64,000 nucleotides of DNA from Octopus bimaculoides. Lineage: Eukaryota. Under the pieces are notes generated by a model. It was not told the origin of the DNA, made no database searches, and worked only from the letters and a program-made list of their open reading frames with translations. Below are positions 39,954 through 53,881 of the stretch, one piece after another. The position numbers were made by a program, and so were the translations under genes. The DNA lies in assembly GCF_001194135.2 (NCBI RefSeq), contig NC_068990.1:37177916-37241915 (forward strand), read 5' to 3'. How positions within the stretch are numbered: the stretch's first letter is position 1; each line of letters begins with the position of its first letter.

Positions 39954-41070
39954 TATATGTGTGCATTTCTGTATGTGTGTGCATATGCATGTATAAAATT
40001 ATATATATACATTTTCTTACACTCAGTGAACTCAACGATCCTCACATCTATAATGCAATAAACTATATGGCCAGGATAAGCTGCACACTCCAGACATGAG
40101 ACAGCTTGAAGCTTCACAACCAGAACATGCGCACAATATGCACAGACTGGTACACTGAAATAGTGCAGTTATTTTTTATGAAAATATGTGTGCATGAAAG
40201 GAGTATAATTTCACTATACGACACATGCCATGGTGCAGCTGCTATACAGACCACAGTGCAGCTGCTAAGATACTGCAGTGTTGCAAATAGCTGTAGTGAT
40301 TGCAGTGGTAGCTATAACTGTTGTTTTAGTTCAGTGCTGTTTTTTAGCCCATGTCATCTCCCATCCAGTCACATGGTTTAGTCTGGTCTATCTCCTCCTA
40401 TTTACCTCCTCATTGGACTTTTGCCTTTTTCCAGCAATGAACCATGTTTGAAACATCATTTCCATTCCTATTTTTCTATCTAAAGCTTATAATTACATGA
40501 TAAAGCCTGTGAAACAGCCGTAATCATAAGGAGGACTAGTTTTTAACTAAATATATTCATTTCTCATAACTCCTTACTTTTTATGGTTTATATACTTCGC
40601 ATGAAATAATCTTTGATTGGATCTCCTGGATTCCAGCTGAATAGAACTCTGCATCATACTCTTCGATATTGGATTACTAAGTGGTCTGCTAGCCAAGTCT
40701 GCTAAAAGAGCTTTCTGTGACAGCTACACGGTTCTTTGAATCCACATATCACACTATAAATATTATATACATCCCGAGCGTCATACTAATATATACTTTT
40801 GTTATTTACACCACCTGTCCTCGTCTGTTGTTATTATTTGTATATTCTCCCACATATATATATACATATATATATATATTACACTATTACACTATCACAC
40901 TATAATCCACATAATATACTATAAATATAAATACATACATATATATATGTAAGTTGTCTAAGAATCCATAAATCAGGAACAAAATGCACTTGTATATCTG
41001 TCAATAGAGTGAGTATATCAACTGTAAAAGATGTATAATACTGTACACTTCCGATAATGCGTGTGTGTTC

Positions 41071-41133
<63 letters not shown>

Positions 41134-41404
41134 GGTTATGAACAATAGTGGTATCAATTAGACCCAAAGATTTCAGGTAATGTTAAGTAAGTGCTATGGA
41201 TAGACCACAGTTAAGCTCCAGGTTCAGTGGTTATGCGAATAAGGGGTCCAACGTTGGTCATATATATTTCTGTTCTTGAAATTTTGAGCAATGGCTGGGT
41301 GAGGTATTGAACACCGATCTACATATATACCTAGAAATATACTCAGACAGTGCTGCTTATCACAATGTTAGAGATATATCATTAATAACAGAAATGACCA
41401 GACA

Positions 41405-41792
41405 TGGCTGTATGGGAAAGAAGCTAGCTTCACAACCATGTGGTCTTGGTTTCATTGCCACCATGTGGCATCTTGAGCAACTGTTAAATATTCTTTTCTA
41501 CTCTAGGCACAAGGCCTGACACTTTGGAGAGGGGGCCAGTTGATTAGACTGACCCCGGTACACAACTGGGACTTAATTAATCGACCCCCAAAAGGATGAA
41601 AGGCAAAGTTGACCTCGGCGGAATTTGAATTCAAAATGTAAAGACAGATGAAATACTGCTAAGCATTTTGCCTGACATGCTAATGTTTCTGCCAGCTCAC
41701 TGCCTTAAAAAGTGTTAATCATTATAGCCCTGGGCCTACCAAAGCATTTTTGAGTACATTTGGTAGACAGAAACTAAAAGAAGGCCATGATA

Positions 41793-41825
<33 letters not shown>

Positions 41826-41830
41826 GTCTG
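41405..41830 (+). mobile_element. Family D SINE split by an antisense family B insertion
   Basis: D head at 41405-41488 resumes at ~41710 (TATAGCCCTGGGCC...TTTGGTAGACAGAAACT). Imperfect duplication AA(C/G)TGTTAA on both sides of the insert. Confidence 0.75.
41490..41706 (-). mobile_element. Family B SINE nested in family D
   Basis: GGATGAAAGGCAAAGTTGACCTCGGCGGAATTTGAA and TCTGCCAGCTCACTGCC are reverse complements of family B. Confidence 0.85.
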
Positions 41831-41914
41831 TGTGTAAATGTATATATGTACATAAAAGAATATATTATACACCCAGGACGATTCCTCATTTTTTTTTAGT
41901 TAGGGGTAGCCACA

Positions 41915-42155
41915 GCAGTGGAGGCACGTGTCAGCATCATGATCGTAAGATTGCAGTTTCGATTCCTGGACCGGGCAACACATGTTTCTGAGCAAAGCAC
42001 TTCATTTCACGTTGCTCCAGTCCACTCAGTTGGCAAAAATGACTAACGCTATGATGTACTGGCATCCCATCCAGCTGCGGAACACATACGCCATAGAAAC
42101 TGGCAAACCGGGCCCATGAGCCTGGCTAGGCTTAAAAAGGGCACAAAGAAGAAAA
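41915..42155 (+). mobile_element. Family H-like SINE sharing head and central domain with 37879-38228 but with a different 3' tail
   Basis: GTTTCGATTCCTGGACCGGGC...CTGAGCAAAGCACTTCATTTCACGTTGCTCCAGTCCACTCAG is shared; downstream sequence is unrelated. Confidence 0.75.
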
Positions 42156-42512
42156 AGTTGGCACAGCAAGACACACAGTAGGCATTCCATTCATTTCCCG
42201 GCTCAAAGAATATGAGGGAAATAAAATCGAATTCACAAAATTTTGTTATTCACTACGATTGTTTTGACCCATCATGTGCAGATGAGATGCTGTACAAAGA
42301 GTTGTGGTTCATCGTAGGGGCAGACATGTCTCATCAGATGACTTCTCAAAAGGTTTCTTGTTTCCTAATCTCCCTTTCACTTCTTTCGATTACAATACAG
42401 TGTGACAGTTCTAGTGTGCTATGCGTCTACACAGGTAGCTGAGCACTGTGAATAGGCTTTAAACGGCATACTACAAGATGTATACCTAAATATAATTTTT
42501 TTGCTTATATAT

Positions 42513-42882
42513 AGGTGCAGGGGTGGCTGTGTGGTAAGAATCTTGCTTCCCAACCACATGGTTCCGGGTTCAGTCCCACTGCACGGCACCTTGGGCAAGT
42601 GTTTTCTACCATAACCTCAGGCCCACCAAAGCCTTGTGAGTGGATTTGGTAGACAGAAACTGAAAGAATCCTGTATATGTATGTTTGTGTGTCTGTGGTT
42701 GTCCCCCTATCATTGCTTGACAACAGAAGTTGGTGTGTTTATGTCCCAATAACTTAACGGTTCAGCAAAGGTGACTGATAGAATAATTACTAGGTTTACA
42801 AAGAATAAGTCCTCGGGTCGATTTGTTTGAGTAAAGGCTGTGCCCCAGCATGGCCACGGTTAAGTGACTGAAACAAATAAAT
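42513..42882 (+). mobile_element. Family D tRNA-derived SINE, full length (candidate octopus OR-type CORE-SINE)
   Basis: A-box-like TGGCTGTGTGG, GGGTTCAGTCCC, CORE-like CACCTTGGGCAAGTG, 3' CCCCAGCATGGCCAC...TGACTGAAACAAATAAA. Equating it with OR1/OR2 is inference. Confidence 0.85.
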
Positions 42883-42922
<40 letters not shown>

Positions 42923-42925
<3 letters not shown>

Positions 42926-43196
42926 CAATGTTAATTCTCTAAATGAAGTATTAACAGTAACTGCACGATAAAGTGTAGTATATTGCCACTTAAGTGTGGC
43001 TGACCCCTAGGGGTGGATGTTACTGTTGCTTTTAGCTCCAGGAGGACATCTCCTTCAGCTGGCTTATCGACACACGACTGTGTCCTGTTTGCCAAGGGAG
43101 TTATCCCTCTCACCACGACCAGCAGCACGAACGTATCCGGATTTCAGGGTTATTTCCCTTCGTCGGCGTTCGACAGCTGATGACCTTGGTGAGAGA
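42923..43196 (+). mobile_element. Family E hairpin-rich dispersed element, copy 1 (terminal cassette in flip orientation)
   Basis: Four copies in the window; starts AAGCAATGTTAATTCTC right after (TA)n and ends TGGTGAGAGA before TAT/gap. Class unknown. Confidence 0.85.
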
Positions 43197-43316
43197 TATN
43201 NNNNNNNNNNNNNNNNNNNNNNNNNNNNNNNNNNNNNNNNNNNNNNNNNNNNCCTGGCAAAATCTTATATCTTCTTTTCCAGTGACATTCTTCACTGATA
43301 TTGAAAAGGTGAAAAC

Positions 43317-43589
43317 AAGCAATGTTAATTCTCTAAATGAAGTATTAACAGTAACTGCACGATAAAGTGTAGTATATTGCCACTTAAGTGTGGCTGACCC
43401 CTAGGGGTGGATGTTACTGTTGCTTTTAGCTCCAGGAGGACATCTCCTTCAGCTGGCTTATCGACACACGACTGTGTCCTGTTTGCCAAGGGAGTTATCC
43501 CTCTCACCACGACCAGCAGCACGAACGTATCCGGATTTCAGGGTTATTTCCCTTCGTCGGCGTTCGACAGCTGATGACCTTGGTGAGAG

Positions 43590-43590
<1 letters not shown>
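43317..43590 (+). mobile_element. Family E copy 2 (identical to copy 1 as read, offset 394 bp)
   Basis: Direct comparison; followed by (TA)n; upstream flank differs from copy 1. Confidence 0.85.
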
Positions 43591-43620
<30 letters not shown>

Positions 43621-43826
43621 TATCAGGTCATAGAATCATGAAGGTGCACATGCCATTGGATTTTGAATGTTTTAGAATGTTGTGATTCATGTATTCACAT
43701 GATGAAAACAGTTTTTACTAATGACATAATTAATTAATAAATTAATTATGTCACAATTAATTAATAAAAAAAATTCATTGGAAACAGCTGTAGTGGATTG
43801 ACAAATCATCCATGTTATTATATATA

Positions 43827-43898
<72 letters not shown>

Positions 43899-44694
43899 GT
43901 ATGTGTATGTATGTACATACATAAGTATGTATGTTCAGCTCTCATTGAATAGTTGGTGTGACCAGGATGTTCTAGTGATCTGATGAGCTAGCATTCTTGA
44001 TTTACATTGATTTGGGAATATACAATTGTATGGCGTAATGCATAGCGTGTATATTAATGCAAAAATATGTTAACATGATTTATTCCACACTGAAATTATT
44101 ACTACATGAAGAAGGTTGTGAAACATTTGTAATCCAAAGGATGTCAAGTAGTTAAATATATTCATCTCTTATGCTTCCTCACATTTTATGGTTTATGTGT
44201 GTGTGTGAGTGTGTGTGGATTTGTGTTGGTGTTGGTTTGTCCACATCACTGTAACTTCAGGATTCAGCAAAAGAGACTGAAAAAATAAATACCAGGCTTG
44301 AAAATATTACTACAGTTGGTTGATTTGTTCATCTGAATGAAACCCTTCAAAGCTGTGTCCCAGAATATCCACAGTACAATGACTGTAGTAAGTAAAGGAT
44401 ATAAGACAAAAGATTAAAGGTATATCAATCTATGTATGTATGTATGTATGTATTAATTAATAAATAATTCACTATATATGAAACGCGAGCTGTATAAACA
44501 CTTTCTTTCACTCACAGGGGTTTTGCCTATCAGGAAACAAGCAGGCATGTGTTACAAATTTTACCTTCGTCAGAGGCAATATATACAGAAATGAATTAGA
44601 TCAGGTGATGTAATACTGTGCATTCTTAAGTATATCGAGTCCTGACGACTAGTTATTGGAACTGATATACGTATGTAGGTATGTCTGTATGTAC

Positions 44695-44737
<43 letters not shown>

Positions 44738-44744
44738 GATATAG

Positions 44745-44777
<33 letters not shown>

Positions 44778-44894
44778 CGTACATATATGTAAATATATAT
44801 GTATATATATGTAAGTAGATATATATGAATATATATATTTATATATATTCACATGCACATTACATGTATATGTATATATGTACATATTTATAGC

Positions 44895-44926
<32 letters not shown>

Positions 44927-45455
44927 TATATATGCATATACAAACATATACATATATATATATATATATATATGTATATCTATACACACATATATCTAGA
45001 TATATATAAATATATATATATACACACACATATAAACACACACACATATAAACACACACACACACACATATATATATACACAGAGGGAAAGAGAGAGAAA
45101 GGGAAAGAGGGAGAAAGAGATTATCGGTGAGATAAATAGGTATACAAATTGATTCATGGATAGACAGGAGAATTGGTATATTGAAGCAATATAACTAAAG
45201 GAGACTGAGCACTTGATAACAATAATGGTAGAAAAAAATATTGGACAGTAAGAGATATACAGACTTCAACAGAGAGATAACAATGCATTGCGATGGTGAA
45301 AGAAGGATACAGAGTGACAGAGAGTGAAAAAGGAAATGCATTCCATCCTTCTAAGATTGACTTTAAACATATATATATATATATAAATATGTGTGTGTGT
45401 TTGTGTGTGTGAGTAGACACAGGCACAGACACACATATATGTATACACATATATA

Positions 45456-45504
<49 letters not shown>

Positions 45505-45570
45505 CATTATCATCCTCATTTAATGTCTGTTTTCTATGCTGGCATAATATAAAAATGAATGTATATGTGA

Positions 45571-45680
<110 letters not shown>

Positions 45681-45803
45681 ATGTATGTGTGCATGTATGT
45701 GTGTATATGTATAAATTCATGTATATATCTATAAACACACACACACACATATATAAACATATATACTCATATATATACAAGTGCATACATATACAAGCAT
45801 ATC

Positions 45804-45839
<36 letters not shown>

Positions 45840-46211
45840 TATGTATACATATATATACACACACAGACACACACACACACACANNNNNNNNNNNNNNNNN
45901 NNNNNNNNNNNNNNNNNNNNNNNNNNNNNNNNNNNNNNNNNNNNNNNNNNNNNNNNNNNNNNNNNNNNNNNNNNNNNNNNNNNNNNNNNNNNNNNNNNNN
46001 NNNNNNNNNNNNNNNNNNNNNNNNNNNNNNNNNNNNNNNNNNNNNNNNNNNNNNNNNNNNNNNNNNNNNNNNNNNNNNNNNNNNNNNNNNNNNNNNNNNN
46101 NNNNNNNNNNNNNNNNNNNNNNNNNNNNNNNNNNNNNNNNNNNNNNNNNNNNNNNNNNNNNNNNNNNNNNNNNNNNNNNNNNNNNNNNNNNNNNNNNNNN
46201 NNNNNNNNNNN

Positions 46212-46272
<61 letters not shown>

Positions 46273-46287
46273 TAGAGAGAAAGATAG

Positions 46288-46364
<77 letters not shown>

Positions 46365-46941
46365 GATAGAGAACGACATGGGAAATATAAAAGAGATAGG
46401 GCAATGGTATGCCAGTAGTTGTACAATAAGACATAGCTAAAAGTGATAGGGGGGAAATAGATCTAAAGGGAGCTGCAGGGCCCAATATGTAAATATAAAT
46501 TTATATATATGCAATGTTACTCATTATGCACATACATATAAATGTATATATATTTATATATGTCTATATCTGTATATATATTTACATGTATGTGTGCGTA
46601 TATACATCTGTGTGTGTTTATATATATATATATATATATAGACATACACACACAAACATATATATATATATATATGTTTGTATATATATACACACACGTG
46701 CATGCACACACACACACACACATGGACACTCATATCTGCATATATAATACAGGTCTCAAGGATAACTTCTCAGATACAGTAATTAATGACATGTTGATCA
46801 TTTTGAAAGTTTAGAAATAGTATGAAAACAAAAATTACAAAATAAGCATTCTTTCATGTCTTTATGCACTTTTCCATATATATATATACATATAGGAAAT
46901 AATGATACAGGTATATATGTGTGTGTAAATATACATACATT

Positions 46942-46983
<42 letters not shown>

Positions 46984-46998
46984 NNNNNNNNNNACATT

Positions 46999-47038
<40 letters not shown>

Positions 47039-47219
47039 CATTTATATATGTATATTTATATATATTTATATATATACATACATTTATATATGTATACATA
47101 TATATATATGTATATATATATTTTTATATATATATACATATATTTGTATATGTATACATTTATATATTTATATATATACATTAATATATGTATACATATA
47201 TGTATACATGTATATATGT

Positions 47220-47313
<94 letters not shown>

Positions 47314-47395
47314 GCATGCATTTACATATGTATACATGTATAGCATTTAACTTACTTAAATTTCTAGAACTTAATGTTAAGTCTTATTGTAGGAC

Positions 47396-47607
47396 ACCAA
47401 GCTGCCAGAATTCTTAGCACACCAGGGAAAATTCTTAGTGGCATTTTGGCCATTTGCATTGTGAGTTCAAATTACACTTAAGTAAAATTCGACTTTCATT
47501 ATTTCAGGGTCAATAAAATAGGTATAAGTTAAAGCATTGGGGGCCGTGGTAATTAACTTAACCTCTCCCTAAATTTGCTGGCCTTGTGCCAAAATTTGAA
47601 ATCAATA
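47396..47607 (+). mobile_element. Diverged family B SINE
   Basis: GCTGCCAGAA head, GAGTTCAAATT, GGGTCAATAAAATAGGTA, GGCCTTGTGCCAAAATTTGAAA. Confidence 0.75.
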
Positions 47608-47702
47608 TCCAATTCTATTGTTTTTTTTTTTAAATTGTGGTAACATTTCTAGGTTTTCTATTTTTTTATATAAATAAACATCATTTATATTATTAATTTG
47701 TC

Positions 47703-47943
47703 TGCGGCCATAACTGTGTGGTTAAGAAGATGCTGTTATGTGTTCAGTTCCACTGCATGGTACCTTGGGATGCCTTCTAATGTCTTCTACTTATAGCTCC
47801 AAGCTACCCCTAGCTTTCCCAATAGATTCTGTAGGCAGACACTAAATGAGAAGCCTGTAATACATATGTGTACATGCATACACACGCATCCACATACTTA
47901 TATATTTAAATTTATATAAATATATATGTATGTATATAAATTT

Positions 47944-48032
<89 letters not shown>

Positions 48033-48092
48033 GGGGTGCCCCAGCATGGCCGCAGCCCCAAGCCTGAAAATATAAAAGAATGAAAGAATATA
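47703..48092 (+). mobile_element. Diverged family D SINE whose middle is occupied by a (TA)/(CA) microsatellite
   Basis: Head to GAGAAGCCTG at ~47858, microsatellite, then GGTGCCCCAGCATGGCCGCAG...GAAA.ATAAAAGAAT. Confidence 0.7.
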
Positions 48093-48476
48093 TATATATA
48101 TATACCCACACATATACCAATACACACACACACACACATGAACACACAAAAACACAAATGTGTGTGTGTGTGTATGTGTGTGTGCGTGTGTGTGTGTGTG
48201 TGTTTCTCTGCATATTTGTTCATATTTGCACTTGCTTGTTTTCTAAGTATTGACATCCGTGTAGTTGTTTTTGTAGTCAGTTCTGATGTCAGCATCCTCA
48301 CTTTACACTTTCAAAGTTATGTTGGATAAGAGAACCCTTATATATTATACACATGCATGTTAGCATCAGGAAAGGCATCCATCTGTAAGACCAATTCTTC
48401 AATAGCATATTCATTTAACCCATGCCAGTAAAGCAAAATGGATTTTAGAATGAATGAAGAAATATACATAAGATTA

Positions 48477-48513
<37 letters not shown>

Positions 48514-48632
48514 CAGAAGTTACAGAGTCATCCAAGAGCCAATTATTAATAAAATATATATATATATATACTCATGTTTAGAGCTCTGTTTTCCTGTTTG
48601 CATTAACAAAATTATATATGTATGTATGTATG

Positions 48633-48687
<55 letters not shown>

Positions 48688-48724
48688 TGCAGTCCAGTCT
48701 TCAGGCTAAGGATATATGTGTGTA

Positions 48725-48760
<36 letters not shown>

Positions 48761-48977
48761 GAAAGAAAAAAGATAACTAGAGAGTTAGATGTATATATAT
48801 GCATATGAATATGTATATATAGACTGATAGAAAGATAAGCAGAGGCATTTATATACATATAGCTATACATATACATATATATATATATGAATGTATATAT
48901 ACATATATATATATATGAAGATATATATACATATATATGTATGTATATATATATGTATGTATGTATATATATGTATA

Positions 48978-49014
<37 letters not shown>

Positions 49015-49049
49015 GTATGTATATATAATTATGTATATATATGTATAAA

Positions 49050-49094
<45 letters not shown>

Positions 49095-49308
49095 NNNNNN
49101 NNNNNNNNNNNNNNNNNNNNNNNNNNNNNNNNNNNNNNNNNNNNNNNNNNNNNNNNNNNNNNNNNNNNNNNNNNNNNNNNNNNNNNNNNNNNNNNNNNNN
49201 NNNNNNNNNNNNNNNNNNNNNNNNNNNNNNNNNNNNNNNNNNNNNNNNNNNNNNNNNNNNNNNNNNNNNNNNNNNNNNNNNNNNNNNNNNNNNNNNNNNN
49301 NNNNNNNN

Positions 49309-49358
<50 letters not shown>

Positions 49359-49880
49359 TGTATATATGTGTTTATGGGTGTATGTACATTTGTATGGTCA
49401 GAGAGAGGCTGGCTACTCAGTAAAACACCCCTACTATAGAGAACAGCGATAAAACAGGGAGAGAAGCACAAACAGGAAGGGAAATATTGAGAAACAGAAT
49501 TAAAAAAAAAATATTGTAGGTAGGGAGCAGAATGTAGGGAAATGTGTGCATGTGAGTAAATGTGTGTGTGTGCTTATGTATCGTGTGTGTATGTGCTTGA
49601 CTGCATGCATGTATGTGTATGTTCATATCGGAGGACCACACTGTCCATATGGCTGAAAGTGATAGAACTGATACTGTAGTTAGTGAGGAGTGAGGGATAA
49701 TGTGCTGTAGGGGGTGGTGGAGGAAAGAGATGAGTGTGAGACGAATAGATTGATTGATAAGTAAGATAGAGAGATAGAGATGAGAAGAGGGAAGCTGGAC
49801 AGGGGGAAAGAAACAGTCAAACTGACTGAGATTGATATATGATACATACAGACAGACATACAGACACACACACACACACG

Positions 49881-49954
<74 letters not shown>

Positions 49955-50202
49955 GAGAGGAGGAGAAAGAGAGAGTAAGAGAGGGAGGGAGAGAGAGAAG
50001 GGAGGGAGGGAGAGAGAGAAGGGAGGGAGGGAGAGAGAGAAGGGAGTGAGAAAGAGAAAGAGAAACAAATAGACAGATAGAATATAATGAGAAAGATACA
50101 TGGAAAGATAGAGATGATTTGATACATAGATCTATATATGTACAATGAGAAAGATCAGTGTATATGTGTGTGTATGCATATATATATATATATTTATTTA
50201 TT

Positions 50203-50265
<63 letters not shown>

Positions 50266-50828
50266 NNNNNNNNNNNNNNNNNNNNNNNNNNNNNNNNNNN
50301 NNNNNNNNNNNNNNNNNNNNNNNNNNNNNNNNNNNNNNNNNNNNNNNNNNNNNNNNNNNNNNNNNNNNNNNNNNNNNNNNNNNNNNNNNNNNNNNNNNNN
50401 NNNNNNNNNNNNNNNNNNNNNNNNNNNNNNNNNNNNNNNNNNNNNNNNNNNNNNNNNNNNNNNNNNNNNNNNNNNNNNNNNNNNNNNNNNNNNNNNNNNN
50501 NNNNNNNNNNNNNNNNNNNNNNNNNNNNNNNNNNNNNNNNNNNNNNNNNNNNNNNNNNNNNNNNNNNNNNNNNNNNNNNNNNNNNNNNNNNNNNNNNNNN
50601 NNNNNNNNNNNNNNNNNNNNNNNNNNNNNNNNNNNNNNNNNNNNNNNNNNNNNNNNNNNNNNNNNNNNNNNNNNNNNNNNNNNNNNNNNNNNNNNNNNNN
50701 NNNNNNNNNNNNNNNNNNNNNNNNNNNNNNNNNNNNNNNNNNNNNNNNNNNNNNNNNNNNNNNNNNNNNNNNNNNNNNNNNNNNNNNNNNNNNNNNNNNN
50801 NNNNNNNNNNNNNNNNNNNNNNNNNNNN

Positions 50829-50907
<79 letters not shown>

Positions 50908-52844
50908 TAATTATATTTGTGTGTATACATATATAGAGAGAGAAACAGAGAGAAAGTAAGAGAGAGATAGAGAGATGCAGACTAACTATCAAACAGATAG
51001 ACAGATAGACAGATAGAAGATAGATAGATAGATCAGTAGATTGAGAAATAGATAGAAAGAGATATTTGAGCATTAAGCGCATAAGGCATTCGAGAGCAAG
51101 AAGATGAGTAAATAGAAAGACGGTGTGTTGTAAGGGAGAAGGTAGAAAAGGTAGGTGGTAGTGGCGGTGGCGTTGGCAGTGGCGGCGATAGTGACCGCAA
51201 TGGTAGAGGTGGTAGCGATGGTGGCGGCAGTGCTGGTGATGGCAACTGTGGTGGCAGTGGTGGAGGTGGTGGTATTAGTAGTAATAAGGAGAGGAGGATG
51301 AGTGGATGATGAAGAGGAGGCATGCTTAGAGAGAGTGGGTGGTGGAGAAAGAGGTAAAGGACGAAACAGATGGATGTAAAAAAAGAGAGAGAGAAAGAGT
51401 TAGGAGAGTACAGAGAGGGAGATTGTCAACGCCCCCTCCTCTTACACACTTCTTTCTCTTCTTCTCCCACTACATCTCTCTCTCTGTCTCATTCCCTTTC
51501 TATTTCACTCCCCACTTCCTCACTCTCACACTACATACTTATCTGTCTCTTTTTCTCTTTGACTCCCTCTGTCTCATTCTCTCTCACTCACATATATATA
51601 TATATATANNNNNNNNNNNNNNNNNNNNNNNNNNNNNNNNNNNNNNNNNNNNNNNNNNNNNNNNNNNNNNNNNNNNNNNNNNNNNNNNNNNNNNNNNNNN
51701 NNNNNNNNNNNNNNNNNNNNNNNNNNNNNNNNNNNNNNNNNNNNNNNNNNNNNNNNNNNNNNNNNNNNNNNNNNNNNNNNNNNNNNNNNNNNNNNNNNNN
51801 NNNNNNNNNNNNNNNNNNNNNNNNNNNNNNNNNNNNNNNNNNNNNNNNNNNNNNNNNNNNNNNNNNNNNNNNNNNNNNNNNNNNNNNNNNNNNNNNNNNN
51901 NNNNNNNNNNNNNNNNNNNNNNNNNNNNNNNNNNNNNNNNNNNNNNNNNNNNNNNNNNNNNNNNNNNNNNNNNNNNNNNNNNNNNNNNNNNNNNNNNNNN
52001 NNNNNNNNNNNNNNNNNNNNNNNNNNNNNNNNNNNNNNNNNNNNNNNNNNNNNNNNNNNNNNNNNNNNNNNNNNNNNNNNNNNNNNNNNNNNNNNNNNNN
52101 NNNNNNNNNNNNNNNNNNNNNNNNNNNNNNNNNNNNNNNNNNNNNNNNNNNNNNNNNNNNNNNNNNNNNNNNNNNNNNNNNNNNNNNNNNNNNNNNNNNN
52201 NNNNNNNNNNNNNNNNNNNNNNNNNNNNNNNNNNNNNNNNNNNNNNNNNNNNNNNNNNNNNNNNNNNNNNNNNNNNNNNNNNNNNNNNNNNNNNNNNNNN
52301 NNNNNNNNNNNNNNNNNNNNNNNNNNNNNNNNNNNNNNNNNNNNNNNNNNNNNNNNNNNNNNNNNNNNNNNNNNNNNNNNNNNNNNNNNNNNNNNNNNNN
52401 NNNNNNNNNNNNNNNNNNNNNNNNNNNNNNNNNNNNNNNNNNNNNNNNNNNNNNNNNNNNNNNNNNNNNNNNNNNNNNNNNNNNNNNNNNNNNNNNNNNN
52501 NNTACACATGTGTAGACAGAAATAAAGATAGAGAGAATGAGAGAGAGAGAATGAGAGAGAGGGAGGGAGATAGAAGGGGGGGGGCTTTAAAACACTCTCC
52601 CAGAAATAAGGGGAAGTGAGAATAAAAGGCATATAGGAAAAGATGAAGGTGAGTGGAAATAAGAGAAGAAGGCAAAAAAAGAAAAAGAAAAAAGGGAGAA
52701 CTGAATTTTAGGGAAAGGAAGAGGAGAAGATGAGCAAAAGGATGAGGAGTATCTGGGTGAAAGGAAGAGGATGAACTAACAGTAAGGGGTGGAGATCTCA
52801 AAAAAAAATAATTTAATAAATGTGTGATGGTGTTGATGGAGTTT

Positions 52845-53040
52845 GCATCGTTTAGCCCCAGGTCAACACAGATCCTGCAGAACTTATGATCAAAAGCATT
52901 ATAACCATCAGCATCCTGTCTTTTTTTTTTTTTTTAAGGCTATTTTGGACTATATAATGAAACGTGTCCCCTTTCTAAAGAGACTTAGGGTTTTATTTCA
53001 TGCAGATTTGGCTGTTATATCTGCTGGCTGAGTAACCACA
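52845..53040 (-). mobile_element. Family G repeat (antisense copy; also 59586-59797 +, 59140-59230 +, 28305-28420 -)
   Basis: Shared motifs CAGC.AAAT...TATAGTCC...GACAGGAT...TTTGATCATA.GTTCTGC...GACCTGGGG(C/T)TAAAC. Confidence 0.65.
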
Positions 53041-53110
53041 TAGGAGTTGGTAGTGATGGTAGCAGCAGTGTGGTAATAGTGTGAAGGCAGTGAGGGGTGA
53101 TAACAGCAGT

Positions 53111-53218
53111 AGAGGTGGTAGTGGTAGTAGAGGTGGTAGTGGTGGTAGAGGTGGTAGTGGTGGTAGAGGTGGTAGTGGTGGTAGAGGTGGTAGTGGTGGT
53201 AGAGGTGGTAGTGGTGGT
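53111..53218 (+). repeat. 18-bp minisatellite AGAGGTGGTAGTGGTGGT x6
   Basis: Direct count; first unit has one substitution. Confidence 0.92.
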
Positions 53219-53684
53219 AATGATGATGATGAGAGAAATGATGGTGTTAATGGTGGTTGTGATTGTACTGGTGGTGGTGGTGGTGGTGGTGGTAGTTTTT
53301 TGTCATGGTCAAGGTAATAGTAGTGTGAATTAGTTCTTGTTGAAGTAATGGTAATGATAGTGAGTGTGGTGGTGGTGATGGTGGTGGTTGCATTGTTGAT
53401 TATTGTTGCGGTGGTAGTGATGGTGGTTATAATGGTGATCGAAGAGGATGGGAGGTAGTGGTAGGGATGGTTGTAGTTTTGGTGGTAGCATAGAGTGGTG
53501 ATCCTGTTTGCACTGGTAACAGTGGTAGTGATGCCAATTGTGGCCGTGGTGTCAATTGTGGTGTTGATGTTAGTTTTGGCGGTAGTAGTGGTGGTGATAC
53601 TAGCTGTAGTTGTGGTAATAGTGTGGGATGGTGAGGCCAGTTCTGACTGCAATGGCAGAGGTGGTGGTGGTGTTGTTATTGGTG

Positions 53685-53716
<32 letters not shown>

Positions 53717-53818
53717 GGCAGTATTGGCTGGTTGCAGCAGTGTGCGGTCAAGATTGTTGTGGTTGGGGCAAGAGGAATGATGTTGCTGGACATGATGGTT
53801 GATTGGTGAGAGATGTAT

Positions 53819-53881
<63 letters not shown>

